Below are positions 13,366-25,007 of a stretch of DNA of 64,000 nucleotides, one piece after another; position 1 is the first letter of the stretch, and each line of letters opens with the position of its first letter. The stretch is from Anthoceros angustus. Its lineage: Eukaryota > Plantae > Anthocerotophyta. The notes under the pieces were generated by a model. The model made no database searches, was not told where the DNA came from, and was given only the letters and a program-made list of their open reading frames with translations. Location: assembly GCA_010909165.1 (NCBI GenBank), contig MU008149.1, forward strand, positions 124,001 to 188,000, read 5' to 3'. The position numbers were made by a program, and so were the translations under genes.

Positions 13366-14783
13366 AGCACCAATTTGCAAATTGCAGGCCACGCTTTTGG
13401 GGCGTGAACCCCATGCTCCACGGCGCCCACCACATGACCCCGCAGATCTTTCCTCGCTTCTCCATCAGGACCGGGACGGGGTCCCAGACCCGGAACCCGG
13501 AACCCGGCTGTTTTGTGGCTTTGCTGCTTTACCCAGCAGGAGACGTCGGTGCGTGGAGCGTGAACCCCGCCACAGGCCACCGCTGTGTACGTCCCAGGGG
13601 GACTAGCCGCTCCGGGAAATTGCACAAATACGATTTGGAGACGCCCGGCGACGGCGCCCCATGCACGCGGTACGAGTGTGAATCCGATCTGGGATGCCGA
13701 AGTGAGGAGTACGCAAATTCCTCTCTCCACTCCTTCCACGAGAGGCTACCGCGGCTGCCATCTATGCCATCCGGGTCCCATGAGACCCGGCGCTTCCTGG
13801 CGACCGGATAAGACTCATCTCCCGCACCGGCAGCTGTGAATCTGCTGGACGCGTGCTGGCAGGCCGCGTGGCGGGTGACGTGGGCCCCGTGCCAGCTGCC
13901 GGAACGGGCCTCATCCCGTGTCGGTTTTGGGGCGGGCGGCTGTGTGGTTCCGTTGCGTCAGGCCGTGATATGGCCACGGGAGCCGCAACAATAATAATGG
14001 GGAAGGCGACGAGAAGGGCCGCGTCGGGACGCCGCGGGAGCTTGCAACTTGGACAGCGTTTGGACGGTTGAAATGAAGAGCAGCCTGGGAGCGGGAGTGC
14101 AACTGCCGTGCCACTGCTACAGCTTTGGACTGTTCTGGCCCCGCCAGGCCACACTTATTGGGACCGGACAAAGCTCGCACCTCTGAAAAAGGGCCTCCAG
14201 ATGCTCTCCACCTCCGCCCTCGCCTCCTCCTTCCGTTCGCTGCACAATGGAAAGTCGGATGGACGAGGGGACGGGGATGCCGATTCGCAGTCCAGACAAA
14301 GCTTGCGCAATACCGAAAAGGAGCCTCCGAGATGCTCCCTCTTGCTTGCAGTAAGTAACAACATCTCCCGTTGCTGCCCAAAGCGGGCAATCGCAAACGG
14401 GAAACGAGGCTGCGCTGGGATGGGATGGGCTGGGCTGGAGCCTGGGCTGGGTGGCTACACTCTTGAGGGTTGTCAGTGGGCACAAGATCCTAGTGATTCC
14501 CACCCAGCAACTGTAGTAAGTCCTAAGCCGGCCCTGCATCCTGCCTCCTATCAGAGATTAGTGGTTGGCCTACCTGCGGGAAAACCTTCACGGGCAGCGT
14601 CCCGTGAACGTTTTCACGGCCCTGCAGGCCTGCACACTGCCCACGGGGTTCGCTCTTCATAAATATTCACAGGACAAAACCTTTCGCTCGGTTGCCAATA
14701 TGCGGAGGAGGGGAAGGGTACCGCATCCTTCAAAAATTGCTGCCACCGCTGCGGACATAAAATATGGCCTGCTCAACCCCTTG

Positions 14784-17368
14784 TTAGGCAGCAGCAGCGG
14801 CTTCAGCGTCGTCCGCTTGCTTAAGACGCTCAGTAAACAGGCCCCACTCCAGCTCGCACCTTGCACGTACCTGCTTTCACATCACCACCAATGGTAAGTT
14901 CCGACACCCACGGGAAACGGCTGGCTGGCGCAGAGAAACGTGTCACCGGATACATACCCCTTGCCACCCTTGCCTCCCGTCCATGGCTTGCCCCTGCGCA
15001 TTGCCCACCAGAAGTGAGTGTCAATCGGCTCTGGGTCACTTGAGAACAGAAACGTGGCAACATCGCCACATGGCAAGGAGACCGAACCTGGTTGCCCAAG
15101 GAAGGTACGCCCATGTGGATAATCCACTGTGCATCTACCACCCCGATCTTCTCATGTGCACGCTGCAAAATGGAGGTCAACAGTCCGTTGGTTATAGCTA
15201 CAAGCTTGGACAACATCAACCTACATTTTTTATGACAGTCATTCATCGGAAACCATAGCTTTTACCTCGAAACATCTGCGCACATTGAAGTCTAGTCCCC
15301 ATCCGTGAATAAGGTCATTCTGCAGGAACAGCAGGAAAAATTCGAGCAGTAAGCACGAGGCTCCACGTTCCACAAATTGCAATAAGCTTCTCCCAACTGT
15401 TAGTGGAACTGACTTTCCAAGACGAAAAGGTAACCTGAATTAGATGCCACACACAACGCCATGCTGTCCGAGAGAAGACTGGAGCCATTATCTCAACGAA
15501 ACTGAAAAGACAAGACGCAGATGCCCCTGTAAGATGTACAACCACGGAATTCCCCTTGCGCCACTGACAAGGTAACTGCGTCAAGGAATAGAACCCGCGA
15601 CTTGCAAACTGATGCGACATTGACACTTACGCAGCACATGGTGGCAATTCAGGTGAACTGCACCACCCAGGCCGCTCTTCGGTTGACCTAAATTTGCAAA
15701 TACAACTTTACGATCAGTACTGCTCTCGGTGGCCAGAAGGTCAAAACACCCAACAGCCGAATGTCCAATTGCTGAAAAGATTCTGAATGACCTAGAGGAG
15801 TAACTCAAATCGGAGACAACTCCAGATCCTCACTTGTGGACGTCGACATCACCCCTTCTTCCTGTCATCTTCCATGTCATTCCTTGCGACTGATCTATTG
15901 CCGGCTGTGAGATTTCAAGTCCATGCTGCTTGACGAGCTCAAGGTATCTGATATGCGACATCATGACACAACTTCATAAAACTGGCAGGTTATATATACC
16001 AACACCCAAATCCAGATTGGTGACATCAATTATTCTATCTCACCCTCAGGAGACTGCAACCTTTTCCCTCTTTCCCTCTCAGGTTGGAGACAAGAAGCCT
16101 TACAATGTTGCATCAAAATGTTGGACATCCAGATCTTCATCCCATATGAAGATATATTCATATGGTTCGACAATGTCTGGATGCAAAAAACGCTTTGCAT
16201 ACCACCTGTAACACATAAGCCCATCATTTCAGGATACCGGACACTGGAACCACAATGATGCTAGACATCTGACGGCCAGACTTCTTGAGGAAACCAGTTG
16301 CTCACCACTTAGCCTGCTTCCTAGCACTGATGTGAATAGCGGTTTTGGACCACTCAAATTCATCCCAGGCATCTGTCTGCCCGTCATAGTGAAATAGCAT
16401 AATCATCCATTCAGGTGTGAACTGGAACATAATCGACGAGGAAGAACATTAGCTCCAACAGAAACTTAATCGGAATTGGGCAACCTCTAGGAAGGTTGTT
16501 CCTTGCAACCAACTAACTCCAATGAAACTCAATAAACTGCACCATTGAGCAAGGCCTGACTCAAAACAATGCGAAAAGACGTCCACCCGCAGAACAACAC
16601 TACCATTTGAGAGAGTCGAGGATTACTTTAGAGACACACTTGTTAATATTCTCCTTCTGATTGACCCCAACAGTGAAGGTCACAAGGTACTTTGGCTTGA
16701 CAGGTAGATCCTACAAGCAAAGACACTGGAGCTTTAGTGAGCAGCTCGATGTGGTACAAAAATTTACACCCTCTGCATGTACCACTGCATTGACACACCG
16801 ACGTAATGACGTACCTCTTCTGGCCTACCCCACAACCTCCGAAGGTACAAATCCGAAGTCGCATTGATGATTGCATGCGGTAGGGTTTCAGCTCCTCGAG
16901 GTCGTGAATCGGGGGCCTGAATAAAATGCAGAACACGAATGAAGCTCAAAACAGAGAAAAAAAAAAACAAAAAAAACCATTGCACCAGCACCAACGCAGC
17001 CTCCCCATGCTCTTCCCCGTTAAACCAGGCGATGCGTGTACCTTGGGCCATACATTCTCGCTACCGACGATTCGCCCGGGAAATCCAAACTGCCACAACG
17101 ATTCTGCAATTCTGAGTCAATCACTCAGCCAACGCGGAAATCGCAACAACTGCAAGAATTGTACAAGCAAAAGCTGAAGTGGGAGGCCTTCTGTACCAGA
17201 AAATACCCGAGAGAAAGAGATCCCAATCATAACCCCCACGACCGCTCCCACCAGAACGCCGAGGCTTAATTTCATGCTGCCTTTCCTCTTCAAATGCCAC
17301 GAGCCACCCGCTCGCAATTTGATCCGGTTTCTGGAGCTCGACCGCGACCGAGACTGCTTCACTCTCAT
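14784..17368 (-). CDS. DUF707 family protein (lysine-ketoglutarate reductase trans-splicing-related like), type II membrane anchor
   Basis: Exons encode a TM segment LGVLVGAVVGVMIGISF, then PRGAETLP...SDLYLRRLWGRPEE, KYLVTFTVG, LFHYDG...WDEFEWS, WYAKRFLHPDIV.PYEYIFIWDEDL, GLEISQP, FVEIMAPVFSR.AWRCVWHLIQ, NDLIHGWGLD and EKIGVVDAQWIIH. The last exon ends ...KQADDAEAAAAA* at 14784. Start is 17368 or 17275. Confidence 0.95.
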
Positions 17369-17920
17369 AGATCAGCCATAAGCACAGGAGGAGGAGGGTA
17401 TAATGTTAGGGCAGCCACACCGGTCCAGTTGGCACGAATTAGGACCAGGCAAAAAAAGTTTCCCAAAACGATTGTTTGGTGTGTCAAGACGTGGTGGCAT
17501 CCCACGAACTCTGGTTTGTTTGGTGTGTCCAAGGCGTGGTGGTATCTCACGATCTTTGAAATCAAACTCCCTTGAGAAAAGGAAATGGCGTAGGAAATGC
17601 TCTTTGGCATGTAACATCACATGGGAATGTGTCCTTCGAGTGGAGTGTTCTTTTAAGCAAGATCGGTTGCAGCAGAAAGCACAATCTGCCCAAGCAATCC
17701 TGCAATTCGGTGGAGATAGGGACGATACATGCATGAGGAATGTCGATCGTGACCAATGCGTGAGTGCCGCACAGTACAAATAGGTCTACGGTAAGGCAGC
17801 ATTAGTCTTAGTCCGGAATTGGCGCAAGGGTGGCTAAATTAGCCAATACACCAGTCTAAAACCTTAAACCCACTACGCGAAAGGCTGTCGGGATCCTCCC
17901 AGGTGTGTTTGGTGAAATCG

Positions 17921-20900
17921 ATGGGGCATACGGAGGAGACATCCCGCGAGTCTTCGACCCCGTTGGAATTGCGCCTCCTTCGCTGCACTTTGGCTGCTCC
18001 TGCCTTCCAGTCTTCCAAGGATGGGCTGGCCTTGGGGAAGCTGCATACAGAGAAAGAGCAGCACCAGCCCCAACCAGGGGATAGGCTGGCCCACTTGATG
18101 GCAGGGATTGAGTTTGTGGTGCAGCGTGTGGAGAGCGGGGAGTATGCCAGGGCCCTGGCATCCCAGCCGGTTGTGATGCTGGCGGGCGATGCCGATTGTG
18201 CCCAGTTCGCAGAGGGCCCCGCTGCCTGTTTCTCGCATTTGAAGACCAGGATTGCTGCTTTTCTGGGTGGCCGAGTGCCCGAGCTCTTGGAGTCTGATGT
18301 CTCCGTGTCTGCGGAGGAGCTGCAGGCTCGGTCGATGCTGGGAATCGCCGTTGGAATTGCTGCGCTCTTGAGTTTCATACAGGCGAATAAGACAGGGTAT
18401 TGATGAATTGTCTGCCTGGTCTGAGTCAGGGAGTTGTTTGTTTGTTCTGTGGCATTGCTGGCGAATTGCTCAGCCACTGGACGGGTCTCAACCGTTATTT
18501 TTTATGCAGGCCAGAAATGGACGGCCCAGTCTTCCCCTTGCAGACATTATGGAGCCATGTAAGTGTAGTGGAAAGTGCGTGGAATGGCTGGGCCAACAGA
18601 GAGCTCATGGTTGATGGCTGCGATCTTCTTGGAAAGTTTTCCTTTCCACAGGTTCGTGTTGCCTGGATATTGAAATCTGTTCTATGGTCTTCGATGAGCA
18701 ATGTGCGGCAACTGGCACTGTCGATGCTTCAGGAGCAGAAGTAGTGATGCACGAACATTCTGTGCAGTACTTGATTCTGGCCAAACTGTTGTTGGTGGCC
18801 CCAACAGAATCCATCTCAGCAGTTGGTGGCCATTGGGAGCCTGTGACCAAGACTTGGTGGGCATGTCGCACTTTATTAGCGCATCAGCACATTTTAGCAG
18901 AACGATCAGCCTCGTTGTTGGGGCTTCTTCAATCCCTGACGATTCACTTGGTGAATCGATTTGGCACTTTGGAGAAAGTGGAGGGGCTAGGATGGAAGGA
19001 GAGCCTCTGCCCAGGAGAATCAAAGCTTATAGTATCTGCAGCCTTGCTGGAGGCTGGTCTTGTTGAGCACGCTTACAGCCATGTTGACAAAGCAAGGTTC
19101 GAGCCTATGTGTCTGCTGTACTGATGGGTATGGATTCACTTTATGAGTGCCTGATGTACAGTTCAATGTGGATTTGGGCAGGCATTACTTTGACCGGGCC
19201 AAACAAAGCTGTGACTTGCATTTGTCTGTTACTGGTGTCCTTGGGTTCCGTACCATCCATCAGGTATGTTCACCCGGTTTTGCATCTTGAGAATGTTGTG
19301 CTCTTTTTCTTATCTTCACATCATCGATGATGTCAGGTAGACCCAAAGGCTCAGATGGTACTGATAGCTGAGTCGCTAGCCTCAAAGAGAGCGAGGGATA
19401 CCCTCGATCTATCAAATGAGACACACAACTCCTCAAGCTTACAAAAACCGAGGCCAGAGCAAAGTGACATCCTATTGGCCCCAAGGGTGGATAATCGAGT
19501 TGAGGGTGCAGGAATTCACACTGGCGCTGATGCTGAAATCAGCCCCCAGAAAGTTCTTACAGCTATTGAGCAAGCTTTAGTTCTTTCTGAATGCCTTTAC
19601 ATACAGAAGAACAGCCCAGATGACGAGCTTAAGAGTATGGGCAATATCTACTCATTGTGAAGTGTGGCAGCTCACCAATTCTGGCCGAGTTTTGCTTGGC
19701 GTGCAGTTTACATTGGATCTTTTGCGTGACACTCTCTGCCATGCTGTGCAAGCAGGCTGGGAAATGGCGCCATTCATAGAGGCCGTTGACGCCCAGCAGT
19801 CATCTCCCCAAATGGTATCTGTTAGTTGACAACTTGGTCAATATTAGTTGGTGTTGCTTAGGTCACGTTTATACGTTGTTTTTATGTTCTACGTATCCTT
19901 GTCATGTTTGCGCATTTGTCATCTGTAGTTGACTGCTGGTTGATTCACAGGTACAAGCCTGGTGTATATTGCTTCGGATTCAATGGGAGCGCCGACGACA
20001 TAGAACGCAAGAACGATCTCTTTCAATGATGGAGCACCTGGTGATTTTAAAATCCACAGCTGCTTACTTTTCAAGGCTTGAACTCGAATGACTACCTTTT
20101 TGGCACCTCAGCATTTGGTTCACTGTACAACAATTGCAGGTGGAGGAGGTGCAAAAGGGCTCCACCAAAGTTTCACAGAGAATGTCTTATGCATTCTGTG
20201 TTTCATTACCAACAATCTCAGCACTTCTGAAGTACGTATAGCTTTGTCTGTAGTTCTTTTGCACAGGATGATTTAGGTGGGGTGTCGTTGATGATGCTCT
20301 TAACAGTGGCATTAGTTTTCCGACATGAATTGTGAAACGAATCTGACCGTATGAGAGTTGCAGGGAGTATGCAGAGATGATGGTCGCATGTGGACTTGTT
20401 GGAGAGGCACTCAGAATGTTTGAAGAGTTGGAGTTGTGGAATAACCTTATTGACTGCTTCAGGTCTGGTGTCACCAGTTCTCTCTAATGCCTCTGGATAC
20501 CTTTGTTTGAGTCCTCAAGGGTCGCCAGTTTTCAAGATGTGCTTCACCAGCTTTAGTTGAACAATTTGTAGAATGGGACATACTCTGATGACTTTAAACT
20601 TCATACATGCAGTCTGCTAGGGAAAAAGGCAGCAGCATCAGACCTTATACAAGAGCGCCTTAAAGTAGAACCAAACGACCCTAGGCTATGGTATGTGTTT
20701 GCCATTTTCACAGTTGGGCTATGCTTACTTGGGCTTCATCAAGACTGTTATCTTGTGCTGTGCCATTGGGTGTAGGTGTTCTTTGGGGGATGTAACGTTG
20801 AATGAGGAGTGCTACTTGAAAGCATGGGAGGTGTCTAACCAACGCTTTGCAAGGGCACAGGTGCCTTGGAGGAGGGATTTTGTTAGTTACTGGTTTGACC

Positions 20901-22733
20901 AGAACACATGGATCACTAACTGTGGTCATGGTGCTTTGTTTGCAGAGATCTTTGGGAAGGACTGCATACAACAGGGGAGACTACAAGAAGTCTATTGATC
21001 ACTGGTTTGCATTAACAACATGGTTTACATATCTTATTATATCGGAGCACGTATTCTCACGAACTTGTGAACTGCAATTGCAGGAATGCAGCTCTTGCCT
21101 TGAACCCACTATTTCCAGATGGATGGTTTGCATTGGGATCTGCTGCTTTGAAGGTGATTATCCTCCTCAGAATTTGCACTTCCTGAGGTTGATCGTTCAA
21201 TCATAGCTCAGAACAGAGACTTAGTTCAAGGAGATTAATACAGACTTTTCCTCCAGGCCAAAGAGCTGGACTTGGCTGTGCAGTCTTTTACTCGGGCAGT
21301 CCAGCTTGATCCAGATAATGGCGAGTGCTGGAACAATCTTGCTGCACTGTAAGTGTCTGTCGGCTCGTCTGTTCAGGCTCTACATCATGCTTATCTTCTG
21401 GTGAGTAAGGTTACTTGTTCAAATCACGACATGTGTGGCTGTGGCTTGCAGGAATATGCACAGGCGGAAGCACAAGGAGGCGTTCAAGGCCTTTGAACAG
21501 GCGCTTAAGTTCAAGTATGCCCTTGCTTTTTTGTAAGGTGAATTCACCTGCTTGAGCTGATGTTTTGAATGTACCTTGTCCTCAGGCGAGGCAGCTGGCA
21601 GCTCTGGGAGAATTTTGCTCAGGTTGCCATAGAGGTTGGGGAGTTCGGCAGGGTAAGTTTTGATTTCAAATGCCTCAACGTTTAAGGCAAATAATTTTTG
21701 TGCAGGAGGACAGCGCGCTAGACTGCATTCATAGTCACAATGGGTCTTTCTTATGATTCAGGCAGCGGAGGCTGTTTCAAATGTCCTCAACCTGTCTAAT
21801 GGAAAGCGGGTGGATCTCGTATCGCTGACGAAGTTGGTTGAGGAGGTTGAGGCTAAAGGAATTTGTGCTGACGACCGCGTTGCCTCACAGCCTCGTTCGG
21901 AAGAAACCGGGATTAGTGATGCCCGACCAGCTTCAGGTGAGCAAGGGCTAGAACTGTTTTGTCTTTATCATCTTACCCTTACTGGACCATCATTTGTGTC
22001 TCTCACAGAGGAAAGGAGCGAAGGACGACCTTGTATGCACACGCAGCTGCTGTTTCAAAATGTTGGCAGGCTTCTGACGCGGGTTGGTAACAGAAAGATT
22101 GCCTCATATCTTAACGGATACCCTTATCTGAATCACTGATCTCAGTCTACGGAGTTGTGTAGGTAGTTGGTGGTGCAAATGGCGGAGGGGAAGTGTATGG
22201 CCTCCTGGCTCGGTGGCATAGACTGAAAGGTGATCTAGCTATGAGTGCCGAGGCACGGCTGAAGGAAACCAGGGCGTATCAGGTGCTTTATCCAATCCCT
22301 CCCATTCCAGCACTGAAAAGGTCCTCGGCTCATCTACCAGCTGTAATAATAGGAGACTGCTTGATGTTAATCCACGCAGGGAAACAATTGGCAGCAAAGT
22401 AAGGACAGCTTTCAAAAGTTTGCCCGTGCTTCCCTGGAGCTGTGTGAGTTGTACCTCCAACTCTCCATCACAAATGGTGGGGGAAAGCGCGAACTCTCCA
22501 CTGCTAGGATGCACCTCAGCAACACCATCAAGCAGGTAGAATACCGTACCCTCGGCTGCTCTTTTATGCATTGCCGCCATCCCAAGAATGCGTTTTCTTA
22601 CCAGTTATATGACTCTGACACCCCTGACCAGGCAACAGAACGGTTTCAAGGAACTGACGACTACCTGGCGCTCGAAAAAAAGCTTGCAACGGTTCAAGGA
22701 CGCTTGCACGAGCTGCAAGCCTCGTCCCAATAG
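17921..22733 (+). CDS. TTC27: Tetratricopeptide repeat protein 27 (TTC27/Emw1-like), multi-exon
   Basis: N-terminal ELRLLRCTL, FIQANKTG and WWACR...HQHILAERS; TPR exons WCSLGDV...YLKAWEVSN.RFARAQRSLG, PLFPDGWFALG, FTRAVQLDPDNGECWNNLA and WQLWENF. The C-terminus carries LSTARMHL and ends LQASSQ* at 22733. Confidence 0.9.
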
Positions 22734-22779
22734 CAATCGACCATTAATCGCCCGTGAGGCCTAATCGACTCATTTTCTC

Positions 22780-23385
22780 AAAACGGGTCCAGGAGGCTCC
22801 ATTTTCAGTCCTGGAATTTTTTTTAATAGATATCCTGGACCGCTGACCTTTGGGCAAATCCTCCGGCAAGGCTCTGGTAGATGCCCAATTTATAATTGAA
22901 AAAACATACGGTCATCTTCTTGTGTGTCCAGCACCTCAAATGAAATATTTCTCGAGATTCCCTGGAATTATACTTGTTTACGTGTGGTTTCATTTTGACC
23001 CCGTCCCAAGCTCGGTCCCGGTCCCGGCATGTGTTAAAAAAAACATGGGACCGGAGGTTCTTCAAGAGTCCGGTCCCCAGCCTCGGTCCCCTATTACCCT
23101 GGGGGACCGAGGGTTCATAAAAGGTTCGGTTTAAAATTAATAAATTACTTAATTTTATATCTAAGGATTTATATTTATTATGGACACATAGACATCTTAT
23201 CATGGACGCAGTTTGTAGTCTGCCGGCTGGGCTGCAGTCTGCGGACTCCGCAGTATGCAGTCTTTTATACTATTATTTATAATTTATTTATTTAATATTA
23301 TTATATTTAATGATCAAGGGTGTAAAAGGCATGTTCCCGCTCGGTCCGGGATCGGCGTGCTAAGCGGTCCGGGGCGAGCTAGTAC
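22780..23385. mobile_element. Possible non-autonomous DNA-transposon remnant (GGTCC-rich arms, AT-rich core)
   Basis: Many dispersed GGTCC/GGACC motifs flank AT-rich tracts, and the segment ends in GAGCTAG|T. No clear TIR or TSD found. Confidence 0.3.
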
Positions 23386-24813
23386 TCGGTCAAAATGACA
23401 CCCTAGTTACAGGTGTCCACGGTGGCGACGGTGCCTCCGACAGCTTCCACTCCGCCCTCTTCCCTCCGGTACCCCGGGTGACCTCACCCACAGCCGGTGC
23501 ATTCACTGGCTGCGGCCCTCAGGGTAGGATAGGGAAGGACGTTCGATAGTTCCAATTCGTTCATCGGGGCTTGTAGGTGGAGTAACCCCTGGTTACTTTG
23601 GAGTCGCTATTTGTTGCTTTGAAAATTCAGGTGAGCATGGTAGAGGACTCGAATGAAGCCCAATTTTTTCTAAGGATGTACAGGGTGCTGGCATTTTTAG
23701 CTGATAAATTTTGCTCAAAAATCAGATTTCTTGGTCTCCCTAACCTTGCAAAGATGTATGCTCCCAATCTCTCTCGGCATGGTGGCCTGGGGTGCTTTGG
23801 AAATTGGCGGTGGAAGCATCACCCGGCCTAAAGTTTTTCGGGACAAATGTGTAGGTAGAGGTCTCCCTTCTCCTAATTGTAACGGTGGGAAAAAAAAATT
23901 TATCTTGGGAAATATTTTTTATCTAGTTGTAAAAAAAAATGATAATTTGTCCAAGGACCATATAAATGGCTTTAAACCTTCTGCGGTTAAGTGAAGCATC
24001 GGACAAGCAAAGCTATTAGCATGCTGGCCCGGAATAAGGCAATGCCAACCCTCAAACCTTAGAACACACTTTTTCTCTTGATATCTTTTCTTTTGATAGA
24101 CACTCTAGTTTGTAAGACCTTGGTGGTATCGGAAATGTGAGTCTTGGCTACTTGGCTGGGTACTTTGTTAGGTATCTATTGAATAAAGGTGGCTACCCAA
24201 TGGATTTGCTCTCTGTATAACTTTTTGATTGGTCATAGGTGACTATCCAATAAGATTCATTCCCTCTAAGTTTTAGTTTCTCTCTACTCTCTCTTTCCTT
24301 TCTTTCCCCCTCTTCCTTCTCCCTACCTCTCAACTCGGGTATGTTTCATGGATTCTTCACTTGATCTAGTTTTGTTTCAGTAGGCTCAGTTCACCTAGTT
24401 TTGTATTGGTAGGATCATCCGTGTGCATGACATCTCGTCTCACAAAAGATCCAAAAACAGGACCGAGGAACTCTCTTTGGTGGCTGAAGACGTGAAGGGG
24501 AAGGGGGTGCAAACCAACACTATCTATGCATCGCCAAAAGACTTATGACTTCGGACATGGTCCTCCAAGTCAAAAGTCGTGTAAGTGCTTGTTTTGCTAC
24601 TGACCCTAAATAACCCAAGTTGAAATAATGCGTTAGCTGGTGTTCTTATGTTATAGGTGCAGGGATGCTGGCTGTAGGGTGGCCCGAGGGGATAAATGGT
24701 TCTGGTGCTTGACCATGGTGCTGCAAGTGACCAACTGAATGGTGTGCATGCGCTTGCCAATTTGGTAATGGGCTCTTGCTATGGAGGTTTTTTTATTTAG
24801 TATTATGAAGACA

Positions 24814-25007
24814 CACATTCACGGGAGTGCACATTCGCGGGAGTGCACATTCACGGGAGTGCACATTCACGGGAGTGCACATTCACGGGAGTGCACATTC
24901 GCGGGAGTGCACATTCGCGGGAGTGCACATTCACGGGAGTGCACATTCAATAGATTGAATCTACTAAATGTGCACTCCCGTGTCCTGCTAGTCTACTATA
25001 TGTAGTG
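24814..25007. repeat. 16-bp tandem array (CACATTC[A/G]CGGGAGTG, ~8 copies) plus one inverted copy; probable transposon end
   Basis: Array at 24814-24948, inverted AATGTGCACTCCCGTG at ~24967-24982, then CTAG and ...GTAGTG at 25007. Confidence 0.85.

Noticed and set aside
23398-24520. Second LTR retrotransposon (PBS-like TGGTATCGG at ~24124, purine tract at ~24494)
   Set aside because: No paired LTRs, TSD or pol motifs could be found.
24814-24948. CRISPR-like array
   Set aside because: The repeats are contiguous with no unique spacers, there are no cas genes, and the context is eukaryotic.
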